This document shows, one piece after another, positions 1-8,253 of a stretch of 64,000 bases of DNA. The notes beneath the pieces are model-generated. The model did no database searches. It worked only from the letters and a program-made list of their open reading frames with translations, and was not told the DNA's origin. Location: NCBI GenBank assembly GCA_002483135.1, contig DLHI01000018.1, positions 11,189 through 75,188 on the forward strand, given 5' to 3'. The DNA comes from Hyphomonadaceae bacterium UBA7672 (GTDB taxonomy: Bacteria; Pseudomonadota; Alphaproteobacteria; Caulobacterales; Hyphomonadaceae). A program made the position numbers and the translations under genes. Position 1 is the first letter of the stretch. Each line of letters starts with the position of its first letter.

Positions 1-618
1 GCGCGCCATCGCATCGACGATGGAGGTCGGGAAGACGTGGGTGATGAATTCGGCGAGCGAGAATGTGCCGGTAGAGACGCTCGAGACGTCAGCGACGGCG
101 GTCTCGAGCGTGACAGGGAAATCCACGCCGGGCTTCAGCAGATTGACCATGGTGAGACCAAGCCCGAGCGAGACCAGAGAGGCGGTGATGAACCAGCCCA
201 TGGTGCGCGCGCCGATCCGGCCGACGGCCGCTCCGCCGCCCAGATGGGCAATCCCCACGGTCAGCGTGGTCAACACCAGCGGGGCCACGATCATCTTGAT
301 AAGACGCAGGAAAATGTCGGATAGAATCTTGAAATAGCCCGCCATTTCGGTCTGGAATTTCGTCGGAGCCTTCTCGATTTCTGCGACCGTCGCTTCGCCG
401 TTCTTGTTGCGGTCGGCCTGCGCGAAGGTGATATCGGTCTCACTGCGGGAGGCGTTGAACTCGGTCTCGTTCAGCGTGCCGTTGCGATCCGTATCAAACG
501 CCGCGATCCGCTGTTCGGCCGCCGTGTGTCGGGCTCCCGTGTCGCCATACACAAACGCGCCAACCGTGACGCCGAGAATCATGGCGAGGATCAGCCCGAT
601 GAAGATCAGTCGTTGCAT
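1..618 (-). CDS. Dicarboxylate/amino acid:cation symporter (DAACS, GltP/DctA family), N-terminal part; the gene runs off the left edge
   Basis: Manual minus-strand translation from ATG 618-616 gives MQRLIFIGLILAMILGVTVGAFVYGD...YFKILSDIFLRLIKMIVAPLVLTTLTVGIAHLGGGAAVGRIGARTMGWFITASLVSLGLGLTMVNLLKPG. The FxRLIKMIxxP segment and following TM segments are the conserved TM2-TM3 signature of this family. It is absent from the ORF track because there is no stop inside the window. Confidence 0.8.
   Translation of the reverse strand, partial: MQRLIFIGLILAMILGVTVGAFVYGDTGARHTAAEQRIAAFDTDRNGTLNETEFNASRSETDITFAQADRNKNGEATVAEIEKAPTKFQTEMAGYFKILSDIFLRLIKMIVAPLVLTTLTVGIAHLGGGAAVGRIGARTMGWFITASLVSLGLGLTMVNLLKPGVDFPVTLETAVADVSSVSTGTFSLAEFITHVFPTSIVDAMAR
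379..495 (-). other. Pair of canonical EF-hand Ca2+-binding loops encoded inside the transporter gene
   Basis: Residues 42-53 (DTDRNGTLNETE) and 69-80 (DRNKNGEATVAE) fit the 12-residue EF loop pattern DxDxNGxxxxxE. They lie between TM1 and the conserved FLRLIKMI helix. Confidence 0.7.
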
Positions 619-673
619 GCGGCGGCGGCTCCCCGAGACAATCCTGCCTGCATAACACGCAAAGCGGGGCTGG

Positions 674-1267
674 CTACCCTTTGGGACCCGAAGGACCGCC
701 GGGCGCCTGCCCGGCAATCGTCTCGGCATGCGCGGCTGACGACCAGGGCCAACCATTCTCCTCTGCGGCCAGGCCAGCAGCGACGGGATTCGCTTCGACG
801 TAGGCGATCATCACTGCAAGATGCCCCTGACTCCGGGCAAAGCGGTCAAAATACTCGCGCCGCCACAGTCTTCCCGTTCGTCCCAGCGCCTCATTAATCC
901 GGCGCGCTGTCCAGCTTTTCCAGCGGCGTACCGTACCCGCAAGGTCGGCTTGCTGTTCAATCACGACGTGCACGTGGTTCGGCATGACGCACCACGCCAA
1001 TAGCCGGTATCTTACGCCGTCATGCTTCAGTAGCTCGTCCTGCACGATTTGCGCGCATCGCGGATCGCGCAGCAGGCACTCGCCTCGTCCGGCATCGAGA
1101 ATTGCGTCGTAGCGCGACAGGCGACCATGCGTGCTTGCGCCTTCTGCCAAGTCGCCTTCGGCGACCGCATCGGACAAACCAAACACGATGTGCTGCTGGT
1201 AGCCCGGCGCATCGAAATGCGGCAGGTATCCGCGTGATCGCCAGTTGATTGAAGCAAAGTCCCCCAT
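674..1267 (-). CDS. IS200/IS605-like Y1 (HUH) transposase domain protein, REP-associated tyrosine transposase (RAYT)-like
   Basis: The translation has WRSRGYLPHFD, the HUH motif (MPNHVHVVI) and YVEANPV, as in Y1_Tnp/RAYT proteins. ATG at 1267 is preferred; GTG at 1288 is an alternative. Confidence 0.75.
   Translation of the reverse strand: MGDFASINWRSRGYLPHFDAPGYQQHIVFGLSDAVAEGDLAEGASTHGRLSRYDAILDAGRGECLLRDPRCAQIVQDELLKHDGVRYRLLAWCVMPNHVHVVIEQQADLAGTVRRWKSWTARRINEALGRTGRLWRREYFDRFARSQGHLAVMIAYVEANPVAAGLAAEENGWPWSSAAHAETIAGQAPGGPSGPKG
693..715. repeat. Left copy of the 23-bp perfect inverted repeat flanking the RAYT gene (GGACCGCCGGGCGCCTGCCCGGC)
   Basis: It is the exact reverse complement of 1327-1349. 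It contains a short GC hairpin (CCGGGC/GCCCGG, 4-nt loop). It lies inside the last codons of the transposase ORF. Confidence 0.85.
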
Positions 1268-1326
1268 GCCCGAACAGTTGCCAAACACTACGCGACTGTC
1301 CAGCCTCGGGGCTTTCTACAGAAGGA

Positions 1327-1349
1327 GCCGGGCAGGCGCCCGGCGGTCC
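1327..1349. repeat. Right copy of the 23-bp inverted repeat (GCCGGGCAGGCGCCCGGCGGTCC)
   Basis: It is the exact reverse complement of 693-715. It lies 60 nt upstream of the transposase ATG and 8 nt before the ATG of the next gene. Confidence 0.85.
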
Positions 1350-1356
1350 CATACCC

Positions 1357-2265
1357 ATGCCCGGAAGCCAGGACTTCGCCGTCGACCCGCGCAATGCCGA
1401 CCTCAAGGTCTGGCTGAACGGACAGCTTGTGCCGAAGGACGAGGCGAAGGTGTCGATCTTCGACGCGGGCTTCGTGCTGGGCGATGGCGTGTGGGAGGGG
1501 CTGCGGCTGCACAAGGGCGCGCTGCTGTTCCTCGATGCGCACATCGAGCGGCTGTATCGCGGGGCGAGCGACATCGCGCTCGATCTCGGCCTCACGCGCG
1601 CCGAGATGGTCGCCGCGCTCTACGCCACCTGCGCCGCCAACGGCATGGAAACGGGCGCGCACCTGCGCCTGATGGCGACGCGCGGCGTCAAGAAGGCGGT
1701 AAACCAGGACCCGCGCAATGCGCTGGGAACCGCCACCATCGTCATCGTCGCCGAATACAAGGAGCCGAGCCCCGCGATCGTGACGCAGGGCCTCAACGTT
1801 GTGACGAGTTCCATCCGGACCACGCCGGCCGACATGTTCGACATGCGGCTTAACTCGCATTCGCGCCTGCCGCTAATCCGCGCCCTGCTCGATGTGATCC
1901 CGCGCGGGGGCGATGAAGCCTTGATGCTCGATCCCGGCGGAATGGTCGCCAGCTGCAACGCTACCAACTTCTTCTGGGTGAAGGACGGCGAGGTGCGCAC
2001 CTCCACCGGCGAGTTCTGCTTCAACGGCGTCACACGCGGCAACGTCATCCGCCTGTGCGACGCGAACGGCATTCCCGTGAAGCTGGATTTCTTGCCGCTG
2101 CGCGACGTGCATGGCGCCGACGAGGCGTTCGTGACGGGAACGTTCGGCGGGATAACGCCAGTGCGCGCGGTGGACAATCATGTGATGCCAGCAGGAACGC
2201 CCGGGCCAGTCACGCAGAGACTGCGGGGGTTGTATGCGGCGCTGAAGGATGAGCAGGCGGCATGA
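1357..2265 (+). CDS. Class IV (fold type IV) PLP-dependent aminotransferase (branched-chain/D-amino-acid aminotransferase family)
   Basis: MPGSQDFAVDPRNADLKVWLNGQLVPKDEAKVSIFDAGFVLGDGVWEGLRLHKGALLFLDAHIERL is a typical IlvE/Dat/PabC-like N-terminus. The upstream part of the track ORF (from 1249) covers the repeat and is probably not translated. Confidence 0.8.
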   Translation: MPGSQDFAVDPRNADLKVWLNGQLVPKDEAKVSIFDAGFVLGDGVWEGLRLHKGALLFLDAHIERLYRGASDIALDLGLTRAEMVAALYATCAANGMETGAHLRLMATRGVKKAVNQDPRNALGTATIVIVAEYKEPSPAIVTQGLNVVTSSIRTTPADMFDMRLNSHSRLPLIRALLDVIPRGGDEALMLDPGGMVASCNATNFFWVKDGEVRTSTGEFCFNGVTRGNVIRLCDANGIPVKLDFLPLRDVHGADEAFVTGTFGGITPVRAVDNHVMPAGTPGPVTQRLRGLYAALKDEQAA

Positions 2266-2990
2266 CCATCCGCATCGCCATGTGGTCAGGCCCGCGCAAC
2301 ATCTCGACGGCGATGATGCGGTCATTCGAGGCGCGGGGCGATTGCCATGTGGTGGACGAGCCGTTCTATGCGGCCTTCCTGGCCGAGACCGGCATCGATC
2401 ATCCGATGACCGCCGAGACGCTGGCGAGCCAGCCAAATGACTGGCGCGATGTGGCGTCGCAACTTGGCGAGGCGCCGCCGGGCGGACAGCCCATCGTCTA
2501 CGAAAAGCACATGACGCATCACATGCTGCCGGGCTTCGGGCGCGACTGGATGAGAGCGTGCCGCAACGCTTTCCTGATCCGCGATCCGGCGCGCGTTCTC
2601 GCCTCCTATGTCCAGAAGCGCGAGGAGGTGACGCTCGCCGACATCGGCTTCGTGCAGCAGGCCGAAATCTTCGCGCGCGAGGCGGACAGGCTGGGCCACC
2701 CGCCACCGGTTGTCGAAGGCGTCGATGTGCTGCGCGATCCTGCGGGCACGCTGTCAAAACTCTGCGCCGCGCTTGGCATTCCGTGGACGACAACCATGCT
2801 GCGCTGGCCCGCTGGTCGGCGCGCAACGGACGGCGTCTGGGCGCCAGCGTGGTATGACGCGGTCGAGCGCTCGACTGGATTTGGCCCGCCGCCGCAGGAG
2901 ATTCCGCTCACCCTGCCCGAACACCTGCAGCGCATCGCGGACGAGGCGCGCCCGCACTACGAGACCCTGGTGAGGTGGAAGATTTCCTGA
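2262..2990 (+). CDS. Sulfotransferase-like / P-loop-like protein of unknown specificity
   Basis: 242 aa with a good coding pattern. The ATGA overlap with the aminotransferase stop suggests coupling. The N-terminal MWSGPRNISTAMMRSF resembles a PAPS-binding 5'-PSB loop. Family assignment is from memory only. Confidence 0.5.
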   Translation: MTIRIAMWSGPRNISTAMMRSFEARGDCHVVDEPFYAAFLAETGIDHPMTAETLASQPNDWRDVASQLGEAPPGGQPIVYEKHMTHHMLPGFGRDWMRACRNAFLIRDPARVLASYVQKREEVTLADIGFVQQAEIFAREADRLGHPPPVVEGVDVLRDPAGTLSKLCAALGIPWTTTMLRWPAGRRATDGVWAPAWYDAVERSTGFGPPPQEIPLTLPEHLQRIADEARPHYETLVRWKIS

Positions 2991-3115
2991 GGCGAGCAAC
3001 GTCGACGCCGCACCGAACGCGAACGTCACCTGCGGTCTGTAATCGCTGCCTCGGGCCAGTTGCAATTGGCCCTGTTGAGCGTAGGTTTTCGCGTCAAAGC
3101 AAGGAAGGCGGGGGT

Positions 3116-3586
3116 ATGCGCATTGCACACATGCTGGGGACTTTCGTAGCAGCTATTGCCTTGCCGCAAGCGGCGCTCGCCCTGCCGCCTGTCTATGTCT
3201 ACAGCGAAGAGCAGACCGAAAGCCTGACGACCTGCGGCCTCTCCTACACCGCAACCATGTCCGCCGCGAAATCCGCCCTCCGCCAGAACGGCGCCAAGAT
3301 GGGCTCGCGCGAAGACGCGATGGATGGAACAGCGGTGAAGTTCTACATCAACATGATGGCCATCGAAGACGATGCCGGCTGCTCTACCGTTCTGCGCGCG
3401 GAACTTCACTACGCGGACTTTGTCGAGCTGCCGTTCGAGGCGGCCTCCGCCAGCGTCTATGTCGAGCATTGCGACAAGACGTCGATGTTCACCGGCGAAG
3501 CCTCGGGCATGCAGAAACGCATCAATGACAAGGTGCGCGAGATGGTAGCCGCTTGCCTGTCGGAATACGAAGACTCGCTCGAATAG
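3116..3586 (+). CDS. Hypothetical secreted protein
   Basis: MRIAHMLGTFVAAIALPQAALALPP is signal-peptide-like. The ORF shows GC3-rich coding. No family was recognised. Confidence 0.55.
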   Translation: MRIAHMLGTFVAAIALPQAALALPPVYVYSEEQTESLTTCGLSYTATMSAAKSALRQNGAKMGSREDAMDGTAVKFYINMMAIEDDAGCSTVLRAELHYADFVELPFEAASASVYVEHCDKTSMFTGEASGMQKRINDKVREMVAACLSEYEDSLE

Positions 3587-3636
3587 GCGCAAGCCGCTCC
3601 CGAAGAATCAGAATGGCACGTGTCGCGGCGAAGGGA

Positions 3637-4746
3637 TCACCCTTCGTCGCGATCACCTTTCTCCGAGATATCGCGACCCTCGCGATCAGCCGCTCGGCCG
3701 CCTTCGAGGATGCCTAGCAGGCCGTGATTGCCTTCGTGGCACGCGTACTCATAGACGTGGTCGTTGACGCGATTGAGACCCACCTCGCCCTTCCACACCT
3801 GCGTGTAGAGCGCTGGATCGTGCACCTCGAACTCGTAGAGTACCTGCGTGTCGGAATACCGCGTGAAGCGCTCGATGATCTTGCCGCCGGGCGTCAGTTG
3901 CGCTTGTCCGCCGCCTTCGGGATTCACGTTGACGGTTTCCACCACCAGCATGTCGCCTTCCCACCAGCCGATGGAATCGCCCAGCCACTGGTTCAATACG
4001 CCAGGCTTGTGTTTCGCGTTGAGCGGGATGATGCGCGCGTCATGGTTCATCTCCACCACGATCACCACGTGATCGGGCGATTGAATGATCTGGTAATTGT
4101 TGTTGTAGAGCACGTTCATCATCGGCGGGCCGCCTGTGCCGCCGAAGCCGACGATGCAGCGCTCGCCCGCGCCGCGCTCCTCGGGATGGTCATAGCCCGT
4201 GCCGCGGCCACGCCCGCCGCGCAACGTCTGCGCCAGTTTGCGCCCTTCCTCCGAGAACGGAACCTGCCCACTGGGCGGATCGACGATCCAGGATGCGCGC
4301 CACGTGCCCTTCACATTGGCGTAGCTTGAGCCCGGATCGATCCAGAACGAGTTGTAGCCGCGGCCAGAGGCGAGATCTTTCCCGTCGAGCAGGCCATCAC
4401 CGAGATTCTGGTTGTCGTCAGTCGCCTGGCGAATGTTGGATGGATTGGCGGCGCGCGCCGCCGCCTCCTCTTCGTCCGACATGATCAGCGACTTCATGTT
4501 GGGCGGGCGGGTAAGCCGCGTGTTCGAGGCGTTGGACCAAACGCCCGAAAGGTCGGGCTGGCCGAACGACAGGCGCGGAGCGACATAACCGGCGGCCACG
4601 CGGTCTCCCTCCTTCGCCGGCTTCTGGTTGGGCACGAACACGCGTGCGCCGGTCTGGGCGGCGGCCTGAGCATCCGCAGCGCCAGCCCCGGCGAGCACGA
4701 GCGCAGCCGCCATCGCGGCCACCGATAAGTGGCGTAGCTTCGACAT
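3637..4746 (-). CDS. Secreted protein of unknown function, paralog A (C-terminal YEYACHEGNHGLLGILEGGRAADREGR motif)
   Basis: Signal peptide MSKLRHLSVAAMAAALVLAGAGAADAQ. It aligns end to end with the ORF at 4950-6017. The N-terminal extension in the track ORF (to 4854) is unlikely. Confidence 0.8.
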   Translation of the reverse strand: MSKLRHLSVAAMAAALVLAGAGAADAQAAAQTGARVFVPNQKPAKEGDRVAAGYVAPRLSFGQPDLSGVWSNASNTRLTRPPNMKSLIMSDEEEAAARAANPSNIRQATDDNQNLGDGLLDGKDLASGRGYNSFWIDPGSSYANVKGTWRASWIVDPPSGQVPFSEEGRKLAQTLRGGRGRGTGYDHPEERGAGERCIVGFGGTGGPPMMNVLYNNNYQIIQSPDHVVIVVEMNHDARIIPLNAKHKPGVLNQWLGDSIGWWEGDMLVVETVNVNPEGGGQAQLTPGGKIIERFTRYSDTQVLYEFEVHDPALYTQVWKGEVGLNRVNDHVYEYACHEGNHGLLGILEGGRAADREGRDISEKGDRDEG

Positions 4747-4883
4747 GGACGTACCTCCCAGGCATCCCGCCAGCTTTGCGCCGGTCTGGGGTCTCTTAAC
4801 AGGGAGTGTTGCAGAATCCCCTGCCTGGCCACAAGCGGGCGCCGGGTACGTCAATTGCCGGCTCGCGCTGACGTGAAGCTCAC

Positions 4884-4921
4884 AAAGGAAAACGCCGCCG
4901 CGGGAGTCCGCAGCGGCGTTT
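4884..4921 (-). terminator. Rho-independent terminator downstream of paralog B
   Basis: On the minus strand an AACGCCGC ... GCGGCGTT stem is followed by TTCCTTTGTG. It starts 29 nt after the stop at 4950. Confidence 0.6.
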
Positions 4922-4949
4922 CAGTAAGTCTTCTGGTCGAAGGTTCCGC

Positions 4950-6017
4950 CTACTCCTCGCGGTCGCCTTCCTCAGAGATGTTGCGACCTTCGCGGTCGGC
5001 GGCGCGGCCGCCTTCGAGAATGCCGAGCAGGCCGTGATTGCCCTCGTGGCAGGCGTATTCATACATGCCGTCCTGCGCGTTAAGCGCCATCTGGCCCTTC
5101 CACGGCTGGCTGTAGATCGTGTCGTCGATCACCTCGAACTCGTAGAACACCTGCTTGTCGTTGTAGCGCGAGAAGCGCTCGATGATCTTGCCGGCCGGCG
5201 AGATCGCAACGCCGGATCCGCCGCGCGTCATGTTGATGGTCTCGACCACCAGCGTGTCGCCTTCCCACCAGCCAATGGAATCGCCCATCCACGGCGTCAT
5301 TTCCTTCGGCCTATGCGTGGCGTTCAGCGGGATGATGCGCGCGTCGTGGATCATCTCGCTCTCGATCACGACGTGGTCGGGCGACTGAATGATGCGCAGG
5401 TTGTTGTTGTAGAGATAGTTGCCGATCGGCGGACCTGACGTGCCGAGGATGATGCAGCGCTCGTTGAGGTTGCGCTCTTCGGGGTGGTCATAGCCTGTGC
5501 CCAGGCGCGGACCGTATGGGTTGGCGGAGACGCCGCGCTTCATCGGCACCTGGCCATTCGCGGGCTCGACGATCCAGGAGGTGCGCCATGTGCCCTTCAC
5601 GTTGGCGTAGCTCGAACCCGGATCGATCCAGAAGGCATTGTAGCCGCGCCCCGACTGCAGGTCCTTGCCATCCAGCAGGCCGTCGCTCGGTTTCTGGTTG
5701 TCGTCGGTCTTCTGGCGGATGTTGGACGGGTTGCTCTCGCGCGCCTTTTCATTCTCTGCATCGGACATGACGAGGTTCGGCATGCTGGGCGGGCGGCGCA
5801 GAGGCGTGTTGGACGCATTGGTCCAGACGCCTTGCAGGTCAGGCTGTCCCATCTTCAGTCGGGGAACCGTGTAGCCCGGTTCGACGACAGGCGCATTGAT
5901 CGCGGCCTTGTCGACTTCGGGGCCGGTAGCTTCAGGGCCGGTCTGGGCCCAGGCAGGCGCAGCGCACGCCAGCAGGACGGCGCTTGCGGCCAGCAGGGCA
6001 TGGGGCAGTTTGATCAT
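4950..6017 (-). CDS. Secreted protein of unknown function, paralog B
   Basis: Signal peptide MIKLPHALLAASAVLLACAAPAWAQ. It shares blocks with paralog A, including WIDPGSSYANVKGTWR, GYDHPEER, IIQSPDHVVI, HDARIIPLNA, GDSIGWWEGD and YEYACHEGNHGLLGILEGGRAADREGR. Confidence 0.8.
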   Translation of the reverse strand: MIKLPHALLAASAVLLACAAPAWAQTGPEATGPEVDKAAINAPVVEPGYTVPRLKMGQPDLQGVWTNASNTPLRRPPSMPNLVMSDAENEKARESNPSNIRQKTDDNQKPSDGLLDGKDLQSGRGYNAFWIDPGSSYANVKGTWRTSWIVEPANGQVPMKRGVSANPYGPRLGTGYDHPEERNLNERCIILGTSGPPIGNYLYNNNLRIIQSPDHVVIESEMIHDARIIPLNATHRPKEMTPWMGDSIGWWEGDTLVVETINMTRGGSGVAISPAGKIIERFSRYNDKQVFYEFEVIDDTIYSQPWKGQMALNAQDGMYEYACHEGNHGLLGILEGGRAADREGRNISEEGDREE

Positions 6018-6190
6018 GGGCGTGGACCTCCCGAGCATTCGTGACCCGGCTGTTGGCCAGCCGGTGTAATGTTTCTTACGGTGATGCATGCCGAAATCAC
6101 CCGCCGGCCACAAGCACAGGCAGTGTCGCGGGGCGTGACCTCGCGTCAAATTGAAGGCCGTTCACGCAACCAACCGGGGGCGACCCAGCG

Positions 6191-6853
6191 CTACTTCTTG
6201 CCGTCCAGCACGGCCTGGACAAGCGCAACCGCCTCGGGCGAGTCCCATTCCGCCGGAACAGTCAGCCGGGCGACCTCCTGGCCCTCCTTGTCGTAGATTA
6301 TGGTCGCGGGCATCGCGCCTGTCTGGGCTTCGGACTGCAGCATGATCTCCCCGTCGTAGAAGAATGGCAGGTCTTCCCCGACCAGCTCGCGCAGTTTTGC
6401 CAGCGTTGATTCGCGGGTCACGCCCTTCCCGGAACCGAAGGCGACGGGAACCACAGCCACATCCTTGCCCGCGAAAGCCTTCTGCAGGCGCGCCAGACTG
6501 GGCATTTCCTTCACGCAGGGCCCACACCATTCGGCCCAGATATTGTAGACCAGCACCTTGCCCTTGAACTCGGCAAAGGTGTGCGAAGCGCCGGACTCGT
6601 CCACGAAGGGCGATGTGGGGGCGGCCAGTTCGGTATCCACATCGAGGCATTTGAGCGAGCCGGCGCGGTGCTCCGCAAGGGCCGATGTGGTGGCCGGGGG
6701 TTGGAAGTCCTTGTGGCGGCAAGTGAGCATGACCGGGGGCCCGCCAGCATGGGCGACCGGCTCAGGCGCCGGTGCGGAGGTTTCCGCAGCTGGCTGGCAG
6801 GCCGCCGCAAAGAGTGCGAGAAGCGCGGCGGAAAAGACGGGTCGCAGGCTCAT
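6191..6853 (-). CDS. TlpA/ResA-family periplasmic thiol:disulfide oxidoreductase (thioredoxin fold)
   Basis: It has the WCGPC active site ([21 protein letters not shown]) and an N-terminal signal/anchor [19 protein letters not shown]. Confidence 0.8.
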   Translation of the reverse strand: MSLRPVFSAALLALFAAACQPAAETSAPAPEPVAHAGGPPVMLTCRHKDFQPPATTSALAEHRAGSLKCLDVDTELAAPTSPFVDESGASHTFAEFKGKVLVYNIWAEWCGPCVKEMPSLARLQKAFAGKDVAVVPVAFGSGKGVTRESTLAKLRELVGEDLPFFYDGEIMLQSEAQTGAMPATIIYDKEGQEVARLTVPAEWDSPEAVALVQAVLDGKK

Positions 6854-8246
6854 GACGAAGAATCCCGACAGCAATGCCATGTGGGGCGGCCGGTTTTCGG
6901 CCATGCCCGATCAGGTCATGGAGGCGATAAACGCGTCCATCGACGTGGACAAGCGCCTCGCCGAGCAGGACATCGCCGGATCGAAGGCGCACGCTGCAAT
7001 GCTGGCCAAGACCGGCGTGATCACCGCCGCCGACGAAGCAGCCATCCAGAAGGGGCTTGATCAGGTCCTGTCGGAAATCCGCGATGGAAAGTTCAAATTC
7101 TCCAAGGCGCTGGAAGACATTCATCTGAATGTGGAATCTCGCCTGAAGGAAATCATCGGCGAGCCGGCCGGGCGACTGCACACGGCGAGGTCGCGCAACG
7201 ATCAGGTTGCTGTCGATTTCCGCCTGTGGGTCAAATCCGCGTGTGAGACCCGCCGCGACCAGATCACCGCGCTGATGAAGGCGCTGCTAGTTCAGGCGGA
7301 AGCTCACGCGGACACGGTGATGCCCGGCTTCACGCACCTGCAGACTGCGCAGCCCGTCACCTTCGGCCATCACCTGATGGCGTATGTGGAAATGTTCGAT
7401 CGCGATCGCGGCCGCTTTGCCGATGCGGTCGTGCGCATGAACGAATCTCCCCTCGGCGCAGCCGCGCTGGCCGGCACGGGCTTTCCCATCGACCGCCACA
7501 TGACTGCGAAGGCGCTGGGCTTTGACCGGCCGATGGCCAACTCGCTCGATTGCGTCTCGGCGCGCGACTTCGCGCTTGAGGCGCTGACCAGCGTTGCAAT
7601 CTGCGCGCAGCATCTCTCGCGCCTCGCCGAAGAGATCGTGATCTGGTCGTCGGCGCAGTTCGGCTTCGTGCGCATGTCCGATGCATGGTCCACCGGCTCC
7701 AGCATCATGCCGCAGAAGCGCAACCCCGACGCCGCCGAACTCGTGCGTGCAAAATCGGGACGCGCGATGGGATCGCTGGTCCAGCTCTTCACCATCATGA
7801 AGGGCCTGCCGCTCGCCTATTCGAAGGACATGCAGGACGACAAGCTGACGACGTTCGAAGCGTTCGACTCGCTCGACCTCTCGCTGCAGGCGATGGCCGG
7901 CATGATCGCTACCATGACGCCGAACAAGGAGCGCATGCGCGCCTCCGCCTCCTCCGGCTTCTCGACCGCGACGGACCTTGCCGACTGGCTCGTGCGCGAA
8001 CTCAACGTCCCGTTCCGCGAGGCCCACCACATCACGGGCGCCGCCGTCAAAGCCGCAGAAACCGCTGGCATCGCCCTGCCCGATCTGCCGCTCGGCGTGC
8101 TGCAGAAGCTCGAGCCCCGCATCACCGACAAAGTGTTTGCCGTGCTGACGGTCGACGCATCGGTAGCCAGCCGCCAGAGCTATGGCGGCACCGCACCAAC
8201 CCGCGTGCGCGAGCAGGTGGCGGCGTGGAAGGCGAAGCTGGGCTAG
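6852..8246 (+). CDS. argH: Argininosuccinate lyase
   Basis: [52 protein letters not shown] and [11 protein letters not shown] are fumarate-lyase family signatures. The start is ATG 6852 or ATG 6879. Confidence 0.95.
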   Translation: MTKNPDSNAMWGGRFSAMPDQVMEAINASIDVDKRLAEQDIAGSKAHAAMLAKTGVITAADEAAIQKGLDQVLSEIRDGKFKFSKALEDIHLNVESRLKEIIGEPAGRLHTARSRNDQVAVDFRLWVKSACETRRDQITALMKALLVQAEAHADTVMPGFTHLQTAQPVTFGHHLMAYVEMFDRDRGRFADAVVRMNESPLGAAALAGTGFPIDRHMTAKALGFDRPMANSLDCVSARDFALEALTSVAICAQHLSRLAEEIVIWSSAQFGFVRMSDAWSTGSSIMPQKRNPDAAELVRAKSGRAMGSLVQLFTIMKGLPLAYSKDMQDDKLTTFEAFDSLDLSLQAMAGMIATMTPNKERMRASASSGFSTATDLADWLVRELNVPFREAHHITGAAVKAAETAGIALPDLPLGVLQKLEPRITDKVFAVLTVDASVASRQSYGGTAPTRVREQVAAWKAKLG

Positions 8247-8253
8247 GAGCAAC

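Larger units (their letters stand above)
693..1349 (-). mobile_element. Single RAYT-type transposase unit bounded by REP-like inverted repeats
   Basis: A Y1 transposase ORF is bracketed by inverted 23-bp hairpin-containing repeats. No target duplication or second ORF (tnpB) was seen. Confidence 0.55.

Noticed and set aside
3624-3651. 12-bp hairpin (CGCGGCGAAGGG/CCCTTCGTCGCG) between convergent genes, considered as a bidirectional terminator.
   Set aside because: Its right arm and loop lie inside the end of paralog A, including the stop codon, and there is no U-tract on either side. It may stabilise the mRNA 3' end, but I would not call it a terminator with confidence.
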